Below, one piece after another: positions 41,440 to 50,739 of a stretch of DNA of 64,000 nucleotides. A model generated the notes under the pieces. The model did no database searches. It saw only the letters and a program-made list of their open reading frames with translations, and was not told where the DNA came from. The position numbers and the translations under genes are program-made. Source of the stretch: Thermoanaerobaculia bacterium (GTDB lineage Bacteria; Acidobacteriota; Thermoanaerobaculia; Multivoradales; Multivoraceae); the NCBI GenBank assembly GCA_963666565.1, contig OY762911.1, positions 2,656,001-2,720,000 on the forward strand, in the 5' to 3' direction. The first letter of the stretch is position 1. Every line of letters begins with the position of its first letter.

Positions 41440-42612
41440 ATGGTGGAGTCGACCGGGGAAACCTCACGAGGCTGGATCGGCTGGTTGCAGGTCGCCGTGT
41501 TGGCGGCTGCGGTGATCGTGGGCGTCTACTTCGCCCGGTCGCCGAGTCTGCCGCCGCTGGACGAGCAGACGTTGCGCAGCCCGGCCGCGCCGGCGGTGCG
41601 GGTATCGGCGCCATCGCCGGGCGCCCATTCGTTGACCGTATCGCTGACCGGCGAAGTGAACGCGCGCCACCCGGTCGCGCTGCTGCCTCGGGCGGCGGGC
41701 GAGGTCGTGGCGGTGTCGCCGTCGCTGCGCCCGGGCGGGACGTTCAGGGCCGGCCAGACGCTGGTGACCATCGACTCCGTGGACGCGGAGATCTGGCTGC
41801 AACGGATGGAGGCGGTGCTCGCGGCGGAACGGGGGCGATTGCGCTGGCACCGGGACCGCGGTGCGCTGGATGCTCAGGAATACCGGGAACGGAACCCGGG
41901 CGCGGCCGTGCCGGCGGCGGTACAGCGGCTTGGCAAGATCGAGCGCTCCGAGGCGCAAGTACGAGCGGCCGAAGCCGACGTGAGAATGGCCGAGCGGCAA
42001 CTGGATGTAACTCGCCTGTCGGTGCCGTTCGCCGGCAGGGTGATCGACGCTGCCGTGTCCGTGGGTCAGATCGTTGGCGGCGGGGGCGCCATGGGCGGGG
42101 GCGCCATGGGCGGTGCGGCGGATAGCCTGGCCACGGTGTTCGACGGTCGTCTGGAAGTGCGGGCGCCGATCTCGGTAGCGGACCTCGCATACCTCGGCGA
42201 CCCGCGCGGTCTCGGGGCGACGGTTGTCACCGCCGAAGGCGCTTTTTCCGCGTCGGTGACGCAGGTTTCGGGGGTGCTGGAGCCGCAGACGCGGCTGTCG
42301 ACACTGGTGCTGGACTTCGCCGGGACCGACCGGCCCTTGCCGATGCCCGGCGCCTTTGCGGCAATTTCCGTGCGCGGGCCGGCGTACGACGACGCCTACC
42401 TGCTGCCGGACGAGGCGCACCGTGCTGGAGACAGCGTGTGGCTCGTGGACGACGGGCGTTTGCGGCGGCAGACGCCGCGAACGCTCGGGCGCACGGCCGA
42501 TGGCTGGATAGTGGAGGCGTTCGACGTGCGCGACGGCGTGGTTCTGGGCGCCGTGCCGGGAGAGCGCGACGGTCTGGCGGTGACGGCGATCGCCGGGGAC
42601 GACGAGCGATGA
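41440..42612 (+). CDS. RND periplasmic adaptor (MFP) 2
   Basis: GGAGG RBS, TM, AGEVV.VSP, LSVPFAGRV; contains a 15-bp tandem repeat (42079-42108, GGAMGGGAMG). Confidence 0.85.
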   Translation: MVESTGETSRGWIGWLQVAVLAAAVIVGVYFARSPSLPPLDEQTLRSPAAPAVRVSAPSPGAHSLTVSLTGEVNARHPVALLPRAAGEVVAVSPSLRPGGTFRAGQTLVTIDSVDAEIWLQRMEAVLAAERGRLRWHRDRGALDAQEYRERNPGAAVPAAVQRLGKIERSEAQVRAAEADVRMAERQLDVTRLSVPFAGRVIDAAVSVGQIVGGGGAMGGGAMGGAADSLATVFDGRLEVRAPISVADLAYLGDPRGLGATVVTAEGAFSASVTQVSGVLEPQTRLSTLVLDFAGTDRPLPMPGAFAAISVRGPAYDDAYLLPDEAHRAGDSVWLVDDGRLRRQTPRTLGRTADGWIVEAFDVRDGVVLGAVPGERDGLAVTAIAGDDER

Positions 42613-45600
42613 CCTCCGCCGACGGCGCCGGCGCGGGCGAGGGTTCGCGCGCGGCGGGTGCGGTGGTCCGCGCATTCGTGCGCAGCCGGGTGGCCGGCAA
42701 CCTGCTCATGCTGATCGCACTGGCGGGCGGCCTCCTGGTCGCATCCGGAATCGAAGTGGAGTTGATGCCGGCCATCGACACGAGGGTCGTCTCGGTCACG
42801 GTGCCGTATCCGGGCGCGAGTCCGAGCGAGGTGGAAGAGAGCGTCACGCGGCGGATCGAGGAACGGCTGATCGGTCTGCCCGGCGTGCGCCAGGTGCTTT
42901 CGGAAGCGTCGGCGGGGCTCGGCACCGTGGACGTGCAGCTGAAGACCTTCGCCCGCACCCGGGAAGTGGTGGATGAAGTACGCACGGCCGTCAGCCGCAT
43001 CGAGCGCTTCCCGCCGGTCGGCGCGGAGCAGCCGGAGATTGGCACCACGTTCGTCCACGTGCCGGCGGTCACGCTGGCGGTCGCATCGCCGGAGCTGTCG
43101 CCGGATGCACTGCGGCTGGCTGCCGAGCGCGTTCGGGAAGACATGCTGCGGCTGCCGTCGGTGACCAATGTGACGCTGGACTACGCGGCCGCTCGCGAGA
43201 TCGCGATAGAGGTGGACGAGGAAGCGCTGCGCGAGCACGGGCTGACGATCGGCGAGGTGGCGGAAACGCTGGGTGGATCCTCCGTGGAATCGACCTCGGG
43301 GCGGCTCTTGACCAGCGCCGGCGGGCTGGTCGTTCGGGTCAACGACCGGCGGATTACGGCCGCGGAGTTCGAGGATGTCGTGCTGCTCGGAACGCCGGGC
43401 GGCGCGCTGGTCACGGTGGCGGACGTGGCGGAGGTTCGCGAAGGCTTCGGCGACGCCGCCGGCGACAGCGAGCTCGACGGCGTGCCGGCCGTCTTCGTGA
43501 AGGCCCTGGCTACGGTCGATGGCGAGTCGGAGGTGAAGATCGCGCGGGAAGTGCTCGCCATGCTGGCCGGGTACGCGCCGCCGCCCGGGGCGGAGGTTTC
43601 CGTCTGGGAGGACAGTTCGCGGCAGGCGACTTCGCGCCTGGACGCGGTCCTCAACACCGGCGCGTTGGGCCTCGTGCTGGTGTTCGTGGTGCTCGCGCTG
43701 GTGTTCGACCTCCGGCTGGCGACGTGGGTGGCCGTCGGCCTTCCGGTGTCGTTCCTGGGCGCGGTCGTACTCTTCCCTGCGTTCGGCCTGACGTTCAATT
43801 TCGTGACGATCTACGGGCTGATCATGATGATCGGCATCGTGGTGGACGACGCGGTCGTGGTGGGAGAGAGCATCGCGACCGAGCGCGAGCGGGGCCTCTC
43901 GGGGCCGGAGGCCGCGGTAGTGGGGGCACGGCGGGTGTTCTGGCCGGTGGCGGTTGGCGTCGCGACGACGTTTCTGGCCTTCGTTCCGCTGCTGTTCACG
44001 TACGGAGTGGTCGGCCAGGTCATGAACGCGCTCCCCGTCGTTGCGGGCCTGGTGCTGGCGGTTTCGCTGCTCGAGGCGTTCCTGATCCTGCCGTCGCATC
44101 TCGCCCACGGCGGCGACTGGAGCCGCCAGCCGCTGGCGGGGTTGCAGGCGCGCGTGCGGGATGCCATCGACCGGATGCGCGACAGATGGACCGTGCCCGC
44201 GGTTGCCGCGGCGACGCGCCGGCCCGCCACGACGCTGGCGATTGCAGTCGCCGCCGTGGTCGCCGCCGTGGCCCTGTTCACGAGCAACATCGTGCGCTTC
44301 GGCGCACTGGCGCAGTTCCCGACCGGGAAGATCGAGGCCTCGCTGACCTATCCGGTGGGCACGCCGCTCGACGCCACCCGCGTCGGGGCAAAGCAGGTCG
44401 AGGCTGCGGCAAGGCTGACCAACGAGCAACTCGGTTCCCCGATTCAGGGCATTGCCACGGTGGTCGGGCACCATGCGCAACCGGGTCTTGTCCCGGACAG
44501 CGGCGGCCGGGCTACCCATGTCGCTTCGGTGACCTTGCGGCTGCGCGACGAGTCGAACCGCGCCGTCAGCAGCGATGAAGTGATGCGCTCGTGGCGGCGC
44601 AACGTCGGCCAGATCGTCGGCGTCGAGCGATTGCTCTACTCCACGGGGGACGCAAACGGGGTCCCCGCCGACTTCGGCATGGCCCTTGTCCACCCCGACC
44701 CTGAAGCGCTGGAGCGGATCGCTACGGAACTGATCGCCCGGATCAAGGCGTCGCCGGGCGTTATCGATGCCTACGACTCGCTGGTTCCGGGTCGGCGCCA
44801 CCTGGATCTGGAACTGACGCCCGCCGGGCAGGCCGTCGGGCTGACCGGCGCGGATCTCGCCACCCAGATCAGGGGGCGCTTCTTCGGCGCCGAGGTTCAG
44901 CGCATTCAGCGCGGACGGGACGAGATCAAGGTCATGGTGCGCTATCCGGAGGGTCGGCGGGGCAGCCTGGCTGAACTGGCGGACGAGCGCATCGAACTGG
45001 CGATGGGCGGCGACATTCCGCTCTCGGTGGCCGCGCGCGTGGTCGAGACCCGGGACTGGGAGACGCTGAGGCGCATCGACGGCCTGCCGGCGGTCGAAAT
45101 CGACAGTTCCCTCGACACGGCGGCGGTTACGGCTCGAGAGCTCTCCTCTCGCGTCGACGAGTTTCTCCCGGAGCTTGCGGCCCGCTACCCGGGCCTGGCC
45201 GTTGCCTGGAGTGTGGCGGGCGTCGAGGACGACGAACAGACCATGGGCCCGCTCGTCTATACGCTGCCGGTCGCGCTGTTGGTCATGTACACGCTGATGG
45301 CGGTGCAGTTCCGCAGCTACGTGCAGCCGCTGGTCATTCTGACGGCGATGCCGCTCGCGGGCGCGGGCGCCGTGCTGGCGCATTTCGTGTTGGGCTACGA
45401 CGTGACCCTGGCGTCCGTGTTCGGCCTGGTCGCCGTGCTTGGGGTCGTCATCAACGACACGCTGTTGCTGATGGACCGCAGCAACAGTCTGCGCGCGGCG
45501 CATTCGCTGCCGGCGATCGCCGCGATCGCCGGTGCCGTTCGCGAACGCTTCCGTCCGATCTTCCTGACCACGCTGACGACGGTCGTCGGGCTGCTTCCCG

Positions 45601-45782
45601 TGCTCTATCTGAAATCGGAAACGATGGCCAACTATGCGCCGCTGGTGGTCAGCATCGTCGGTGGCCTCGCGGCCGGAAGCGTCGGCATCCTGTTCGTCGT
45701 GCCGGCCATGCTGCTGCTTGGCGAAGGCGTGCGCGAACGCTTCGCGAGCAGGTACGCCGCGGCGACCCGGACCGCGCACTGA
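42609..45782 (+). CDS. RND permease 2
   Basis: VAGNLLM, YPGASPSEVEE, GIVVDDAVVVGE, GVVINDT, RFRPIFLTTLTT. Confidence 0.92.
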   Translation: MTSADGAGAGEGSRAAGAVVRAFVRSRVAGNLLMLIALAGGLLVASGIEVELMPAIDTRVVSVTVPYPGASPSEVEESVTRRIEERLIGLPGVRQVLSEASAGLGTVDVQLKTFARTREVVDEVRTAVSRIERFPPVGAEQPEIGTTFVHVPAVTLAVASPELSPDALRLAAERVREDMLRLPSVTNVTLDYAAAREIAIEVDEEALREHGLTIGEVAETLGGSSVESTSGRLLTSAGGLVVRVNDRRITAAEFEDVVLLGTPGGALVTVADVAEVREGFGDAAGDSELDGVPAVFVKALATVDGESEVKIAREVLAMLAGYAPPPGAEVSVWEDSSRQATSRLDAVLNTGALGLVLVFVVLALVFDLRLATWVAVGLPVSFLGAVVLFPAFGLTFNFVTIYGLIMMIGIVVDDAVVVGESIATERERGLSGPEAAVVGARRVFWPVAVGVATTFLAFVPLLFTYGVVGQVMNALPVVAGLVLAVSLLEAFLILPSHLAHGGDWSRQPLAGLQARVRDAIDRMRDRWTVPAVAAATRRPATTLAIAVAAVVAAVALFTSNIVRFGALAQFPTGKIEASLTYPVGTPLDATRVGAKQVEAAARLTNEQLGSPIQGIATVVGHHAQPGLVPDSGGRATHVASVTLRLRDESNRAVSSDEVMRSWRRNVGQIVGVERLLYSTGDANGVPADFGMALVHPDPEALERIATELIARIKASPGVIDAYDSLVPGRRHLDLELTPAGQAVGLTGADLATQIRGRFFGAEVQRIQRGRDEIKVMVRYPEGRRGSLAELADERIELAMGGDIPLSVAARVVETRDWETLRRIDGLPAVEIDSSLDTAAVTARELSSRVDEFLPELAARYPGLAVAWSVAGVEDDEQTMGPLVYTLPVALLVMYTLMAVQFRSYVQPLVILTAMPLAGAGAVLAHFVLGYDVTLASVFGLVAVLGVVINDTLLLMDRSNSLRAAHSLPAIAAIAGAVRERFRPIFLTTLTTVVGLLPVLYLKSETMANYAPLVVSIVGGLAAGSVGILFVVPAMLLLGEGVRERFASRYAAATRTAH

Positions 45783-45830
45783 CCGCCGAGGGCCTGCGGA
45801 CAGCTTCGCCCCGGAACCTGCGGGGCAGAA

Positions 45831-45868
45831 ACCGGATGCGCCGGCGTCCCCGCGGGCATCCGGCGCGG
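45831..45868 (+). repeat. REP-like repeat, copy D (between convergent genes)
   Basis: ACCGGATGCGCCGGCGTCCCCGCGGGCATCCGGCGC; outer stem CCGGATGC/GCATCCGG. Confidence 0.65.
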
Positions 45869-45896
45869 AGCGCCGGCTTCTGGACCTTCCACCGCG

Positions 45897-48665
45897 CTAG
45901 TCCTCAACCGGATTCCCGTCCGCGTCGAGGAATCGCATCTCGCCAAGCCCCAGCGCGCGGATCTTCTCCTCGATCCGGACCCGGTCGCCGACGACGATCC
46001 AGACCAGGTTGTCGGGTTGAAGCACCCGGTCCGCCTGGGCGCTGACGTCGGAGAGGCCGACTGCCCGTACGGCGTGCGCGAAGGTGTCCCAGTAGTCGTC
46101 CGGCAGGTCGAAACGGGTCATCTCGACGATGCTCGCCATCACCGCGCCGTTCGTCTCCCACCGCCCCGGCAGGGTCAGCGTGTTCTGGTCGGTCACCTTG
46201 GCCAGTTCGTCCGCGGTCGCGGGCCTCCCGCCGCCGCTCCGGATGCCCCGGATCTCCTTGTCGATCTCGGCCATCGACTCGGCGGTTCGGTCGGTCTGGA
46301 CCGGCGCGAACGCGTAGTAGGGCCGCTGGCCCGCTGCGTCGAGGAGGATCGCGCGGGCGCCGTACGACCAACCCTTGTCCTCGCGCAGGTTCAGGTTGAT
46401 CCGGGACGTGAAGCTGCCGCCCATGATGTCGTTCATCGCCTCGATCCGGAGATTCGCCGGATCGCTCTTGGGCGGCGCCACCTGGCCGGCGAAGACGATC
46501 GACTGCGCCGAGTCGGGCCGGTCGATCAGGTAGACGACCGTCTCGGGTTGCGGCGGGACCTCGGCCAGGTTCTTGGCCGGCACGTCGCCCGCCTCCCAGT
46601 TCGCGAAGCGGGCTTCAACGGCGGGCAGCAGATCCGCCATCCCGATGTCGCCAACGGCGATCAGGGTCGCGTTGTTCGGCCTGAACCAGGTGTCGTGGAA
46701 GGCGCGGAGCGCGTCCAGGCCCATCTCGCCGACCGACTGCTCGGTTCCCGAGCCGGTCAGCGGGTTGCTGTAGGCGTGGCCTTCGCCGTAGAGGATGCGC
46801 GGCAGGACGCGCTGGGCCATCGCCACCGGCTGGACCTTCTCGCGGCCGATGCCGGCGAGCTGCTGTTGCTTCAACCGGTCGAACTCGGCCTCGGGGAAGG
46901 AGGGGTTGAGGACGACGTCGGCGAACAGGTCGAGCGATGCGTCCAGGTTCTCCACCAGCGCGCTCATCGAGACGCTCGAGGCGTCCAGATTCGAGCCGGC
47001 GCCGAGGGTGGCGCCGAGGCTGTCGAGCGCGTCGGAGATCGCGAGCGCGTCGCGGGAGGTCGTCCCTTCGTCGAGCATCGACATCGCCATGCGCGCCGTG
47101 CCGGGGAGCGCGAACTGGTCGGAGGCGTAGCCGGCGTCCAGCAGAAGCGTGAAGTTGACCACCGGGACCGCGTCGCGCCGCGCCAGGACGACCTTCAGAC
47201 CGTTGCCTAGCTCCGCTGTGTCGCGGGCGGGGAACGAGGCGGAGGGGAACTCGGCGACCTCCGGCGGGCCGGAGGACCGGTCGACCGTGCTGGCGGTCGT
47301 CGTGTAGGTGGCGAAGGGGCGGACTTCGACGGTCAGGACCCCGTCGTCCAGCCACTCGACGGCGGCGGCGTGGACGTCGGAGGCGGTCGCGGTCAGCAGG
47401 TTCTCCTGTTGCCGCTTGTGGCCGTCCGGGCTGCCGAGGTAGACCTCGCTGGCCGCCAGCACGTCGGACTTGCCGCCGAAGCCGCCGATCCGTTCGACGC
47501 CGCGGACGAAGCTCGCCCGCTGGCTGGCCTGGGCGCGCGCGAGTTCTTCCGCGGTCGGCCCGGACGCGAGGAAGGACTGGATCTCCTCGTCCAGCACCGC
47601 CTCGACCTCGGCCAGGTCCTGTCCCGGCTGCGCGGTCGCGATGACGAGGAACAGGCTGCCGAACTGGCGGGTCATGACGAAGGCGCTGACATCGGTGGCG
47701 GTCCGGTCGTCGTAGACCAGCCGCTTGTAGAGGCGGGAGCTCTTGCCGGCGGCCAGGACGTCGCTGGCTAGGGAGAGATGGTCGACGGACTTGTCCTTCA
47801 CCGTGGCGACGTTCCAGGCCTTGTAGACCCGAGCCTGCGGCACGCGATCCTGGAGGACGATCCGGCTCGGCTCGCTCCGCCGGGCGAGCGAAACGTCCGG
47901 CTTGATCAGCGGCGGCCCGGACGGGATGTGGCCGAAGTACTTCTCGACCCGCGCCTTCACGTCCTCGGCGTCGACGTCGCCCGCGACGACCAGGACCGCG
48001 TTGGCCGCGCCGTACCAGGTGTCGAACCACTCGTGCACGTCGGCCAGCGAGGCGGCGTTCAGATCCTCCATCGAGCCGATCGTCGAGTGGTCGTAGGGGT
48101 GGCCGTCTGGGTAGGTGTTCTCGAAGATCGTCAGGAAGACCTTGCCGTAGGGCTGGTTCTCGCCCTGGCGCTTCTCGTTCTGGACCACGCCGCGCTGCTC
48201 GTCGAGCCGGGCCTGGTCGACGGCGGCCCGCATGTGCCCCATGCGGTCGGACTCCATCCACAGGGCCATGTCGAGCGCGGTCGTCGGCACCACCTGGAAG
48301 TAGTTCGTCCGGTCCTGGTTCGTCGTCCCGTTCATGCCGGTGGCGCCGACGCGGTCGAAGGGCTTGAAGTAGTCGTCGTTGAAGTGCTCGCTGCCGTTGA
48401 ACATCAGGTGCTCGAACAGGTGCGCGAACCCGGTCTTGCCGGGCTTCTCGTCGCCGGCGCCCACGTCGTACCAGACGTTGACGGCGACGATCGGCGCCTT
48501 GCGATCCTCGTGGACGATCAGGCGCAGCCCGTTGTCGAGCACGTACTTCGTGTTGGGGATGTCGACGATGTCGGCCGACGGGTTTCCGGTGTCGGCGGAC
48601 TCGCCGCAGGCCGTGGCGAGGATCAGGAGGCAGAGAGCAGAGGTAGCGCCGGGCAGTCGCTTCAC
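45897..48665 (-). CDS. M16 (pitrilysin-type) zinc peptidase, lipoprotein
   Basis: AAGGAG RBS, lipobox ATAC, TGFAHLFEHLMF, NGTTN.DRTNY, LREDKGWSYG. Confidence 0.93.
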   Translation of the reverse strand: MKRLPGATSALCLLILATACGESADTGNPSADIVDIPNTKYVLDNGLRLIVHEDRKAPIVAVNVWYDVGAGDEKPGKTGFAHLFEHLMFNGSEHFNDDYFKPFDRVGATGMNGTTNQDRTNYFQVVPTTALDMALWMESDRMGHMRAAVDQARLDEQRGVVQNEKRQGENQPYGKVFLTIFENTYPDGHPYDHSTIGSMEDLNAASLADVHEWFDTWYGAANAVLVVAGDVDAEDVKARVEKYFGHIPSGPPLIKPDVSLARRSEPSRIVLQDRVPQARVYKAWNVATVKDKSVDHLSLASDVLAAGKSSRLYKRLVYDDRTATDVSAFVMTRQFGSLFLVIATAQPGQDLAEVEAVLDEEIQSFLASGPTAEELARAQASQRASFVRGVERIGGFGGKSDVLAASEVYLGSPDGHKRQQENLLTATASDVHAAAVEWLDDGVLTVEVRPFATYTTTASTVDRSSGPPEVAEFPSASFPARDTAELGNGLKVVLARRDAVPVVNFTLLLDAGYASDQFALPGTARMAMSMLDEGTTSRDALAISDALDSLGATLGAGSNLDASSVSMSALVENLDASLDLFADVVLNPSFPEAEFDRLKQQQLAGIGREKVQPVAMAQRVLPRILYGEGHAYSNPLTGSGTEQSVGEMGLDALRAFHDTWFRPNNATLIAVGDIGMADLLPAVEARFANWEAGDVPAKNLAEVPPQPETVVYLIDRPDSAQSIVFAGQVAPPKSDPANLRIEAMNDIMGGSFTSRINLNLREDKGWSYGARAILLDAAGQRPYYAFAPVQTDRTAESMAEIDKEIRGIRSGGGRPATADELAKVTDQNTLTLPGRWETNGAVMASIVEMTRFDLPDDYWDTFAHAVRAVGLSDVSAQADRVLQPDNLVWIVVGDRVRIEEKIRALGLGEMRFLDADGNPVED

Positions 48666-48705
48666 GGGCGGTCTCCTTGAGTCAAGAGGGGCGGTTGATC
48701 CGTAG

Positions 48706-50628
48706 TCACCAGGCGATGCCGTAGTCCTCGCCATAGTCGCTGGCGCCGCCCCACATGGTCCCGTTCTCGCGGTCGAACCAGATCGCGGTGATCGGTCCGG
48801 AAGTGCGGTCCAGCGCGCGAACGCGGTAGCCCATGCGGCGGAGTTCCGCCCGTACCCAGGGCGGCACGTCGCGGTGGACGTCGAGGTCTCCCGGCCGGGA
48901 CTCGTGGGCGCCGAAGGAACTCTGCATCTGGTGGCTCGTGACGTTGGCCGCCTCGACCGCTTGCTGGACGTTCATGCCGAACTCGAGGACGTTGAGGAAG
49001 AACTGGAGCAGGTTCTGGTCCTGCGTGTCGCCGCCCTGGACGGCGAAGGACAGGTAGGGCCTGCCGTCCTTGAGCGCCATGCCGGGGGTCAGCGTGGCGC
49101 GGGGCCGCTTGCCAGGTTCGGGCAGGTTGTACGGGTTGAGCCCCGGATCGAGCACGAAGCTCTGCATCCGCTGGCTCATGCCGATGCCGGTGCGGCCGGC
49201 GATGACGGCCGGGATCCAGGCGCCGCTGGGCGTCACCGAGACGACCCAGCCGTCGGCGTCGGCGGCCTGGATCGAGGTCGTCCCGGCGGTGAAGGCTTCC
49301 TCGTAGGTCATCCGGGACAGGGGAGGTCGGCTGGCCGCCGCCTGCTGGAAGCCCTGCTCGCCCTCGGCGTCCGCCGCCGGCGGGATCGGCGTCCACTCTT
49401 CGAGCAGATCGAGGAAGGGGTTGTCGCCGTTCTGGAACCGGTACGGGTCGCCGGGGCGCGCGCCTTCGTCGTTCTTCTCCCAGTCGATCGACTCGTAGCG
49501 GGCGCGGGCGTAGTCCTTCGAGAGCAGTCCTTCGAGCGGCTCCTCGGGCGGGTAGTAGGGGTCGCCGTAGTAGAAGTCGCGGTCGGCGAACGCGAGGTTC
49601 ATCGCCTGGTAGAGCGCGTGGATGTAGCGGGCCGAGTTGTAGCCCATGCTCTTCAGGTCGGCGTTCTCCAGGATGTTGAGCGCCTGCAGCATGACCGGGC
49701 CCTGGACCCAGGAGGTCAGCTTGTAGACCTCGACGCCGCGGTAGTTCGTGCGGACCGGTTCCTCGATGTGGACCTGCCAGCGGTCGAGGTCCGCCATCGT
49801 GACGAGCCCGCCGAGCTCCCCCGAGCCGCGGACGAACTCCTCGGCGATGTCGCCGCGGTAGAAGCGGTCGTAGGCCGCCGCCAACGCCTGCTCGCGGGTC
49901 TTGCCCTGCTTGAGCGCCGCGGCCTCGGCTTCGACCAGCTTGTGCAGCGTGTCGAGCAGGTCCGGCTGGCGGAAGATCTCCCCGGCCCGCGGCGCCGCGC
50001 GGCCGTCGCCGTCCCCGGACGACGACAGGTGGGGAAGGAACACCCGCGCCGAGTCCGGCCACTGTTGGAGCATCTCCCGGCGGCGCTCCATGTTGTCGGC
50101 CTGGGCGCGCTCGATGGGGTAGCCGTCCGCCATCTGGATGGCCGGTTCGAGTACGTCGGCCAGACTCATCGTGCCGTAGCGCGAGAGCATCGCGATCAGG
50201 CCGCCCGGCGTCCCCGGCGTCACCGCCGCGAGCGGCCCATACTCCGGCGGATAGACGTGGCCCTTCTCCCGGTAGAACTCGACCGTCGCGCCAGTCGGCG
50301 CCGCGCCGAGCGCGTTGATCCCGACCACCTCGTCGCTCCGCGGATCGAAGATCAGCGCCTGCGTTTCGCCGCCCCAGCCGAGGGTGTCCCACATCGTTGA
50401 CGTCGCGGCCAGCATGGCGCACGTGGCGTCAACGGCGTTGCCGCCGCGGGCGAAGATCAGCGCCCCGGCGGTGGCGGCCAGCGGCTTGCCGGTGACGGCA
50501 ACCCAGTGGCGGCCGTGGAGCACGGGCTTGACGGTGCGCTGGGCGAGAGCCGGAGCGGCGACGCAAACGGCGGCGACGGCGAACGCCAGGAAACGAACGC
50601 GGAAACCAGGGGCCGGCGTGGGGGTCAT
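48706..50628 (-). CDS. ggt: Gamma-glutamyltransferase family protein (secreted)
   Basis: GGNAVDA, FYRGDIA, AFADRD.YYGDP, G/TTSIQAAD, PGKRPR.TLTP, GGD.Q.Q. Confidence 0.92.
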   Translation of the reverse strand: MTPTPAPGFRVRFLAFAVAAVCVAAPALAQRTVKPVLHGRHWVAVTGKPLAATAGALIFARGGNAVDATCAMLAATSTMWDTLGWGGETQALIFDPRSDEVVGINALGAAPTGATVEFYREKGHVYPPEYGPLAAVTPGTPGGLIAMLSRYGTMSLADVLEPAIQMADGYPIERAQADNMERRREMLQQWPDSARVFLPHLSSSGDGDGRAAPRAGEIFRQPDLLDTLHKLVEAEAAALKQGKTREQALAAAYDRFYRGDIAEEFVRGSGELGGLVTMADLDRWQVHIEEPVRTNYRGVEVYKLTSWVQGPVMLQALNILENADLKSMGYNSARYIHALYQAMNLAFADRDFYYGDPYYPPEEPLEGLLSKDYARARYESIDWEKNDEGARPGDPYRFQNGDNPFLDLLEEWTPIPPAADAEGEQGFQQAAASRPPLSRMTYEEAFTAGTTSIQAADADGWVVSVTPSGAWIPAVIAGRTGIGMSQRMQSFVLDPGLNPYNLPEPGKRPRATLTPGMALKDGRPYLSFAVQGGDTQDQNLLQFFLNVLEFGMNVQQAVEAANVTSHQMQSSFGAHESRPGDLDVHRDVPPWVRAELRRMGYRVRALDRTSGPITAIWFDRENGTMWGGASDYGEDYGIAW

Positions 50629-50739
50629 CGGGGCAGCTTATCGCCGCGGCGGAACCGTGCTGGCCGCTGGCTGATCTAGTTTCTCGTTGTCCTCGCCGAC
50701 CACTCGTCCGTAGGGCCGTCGACTTGGAATCAAGACGCA

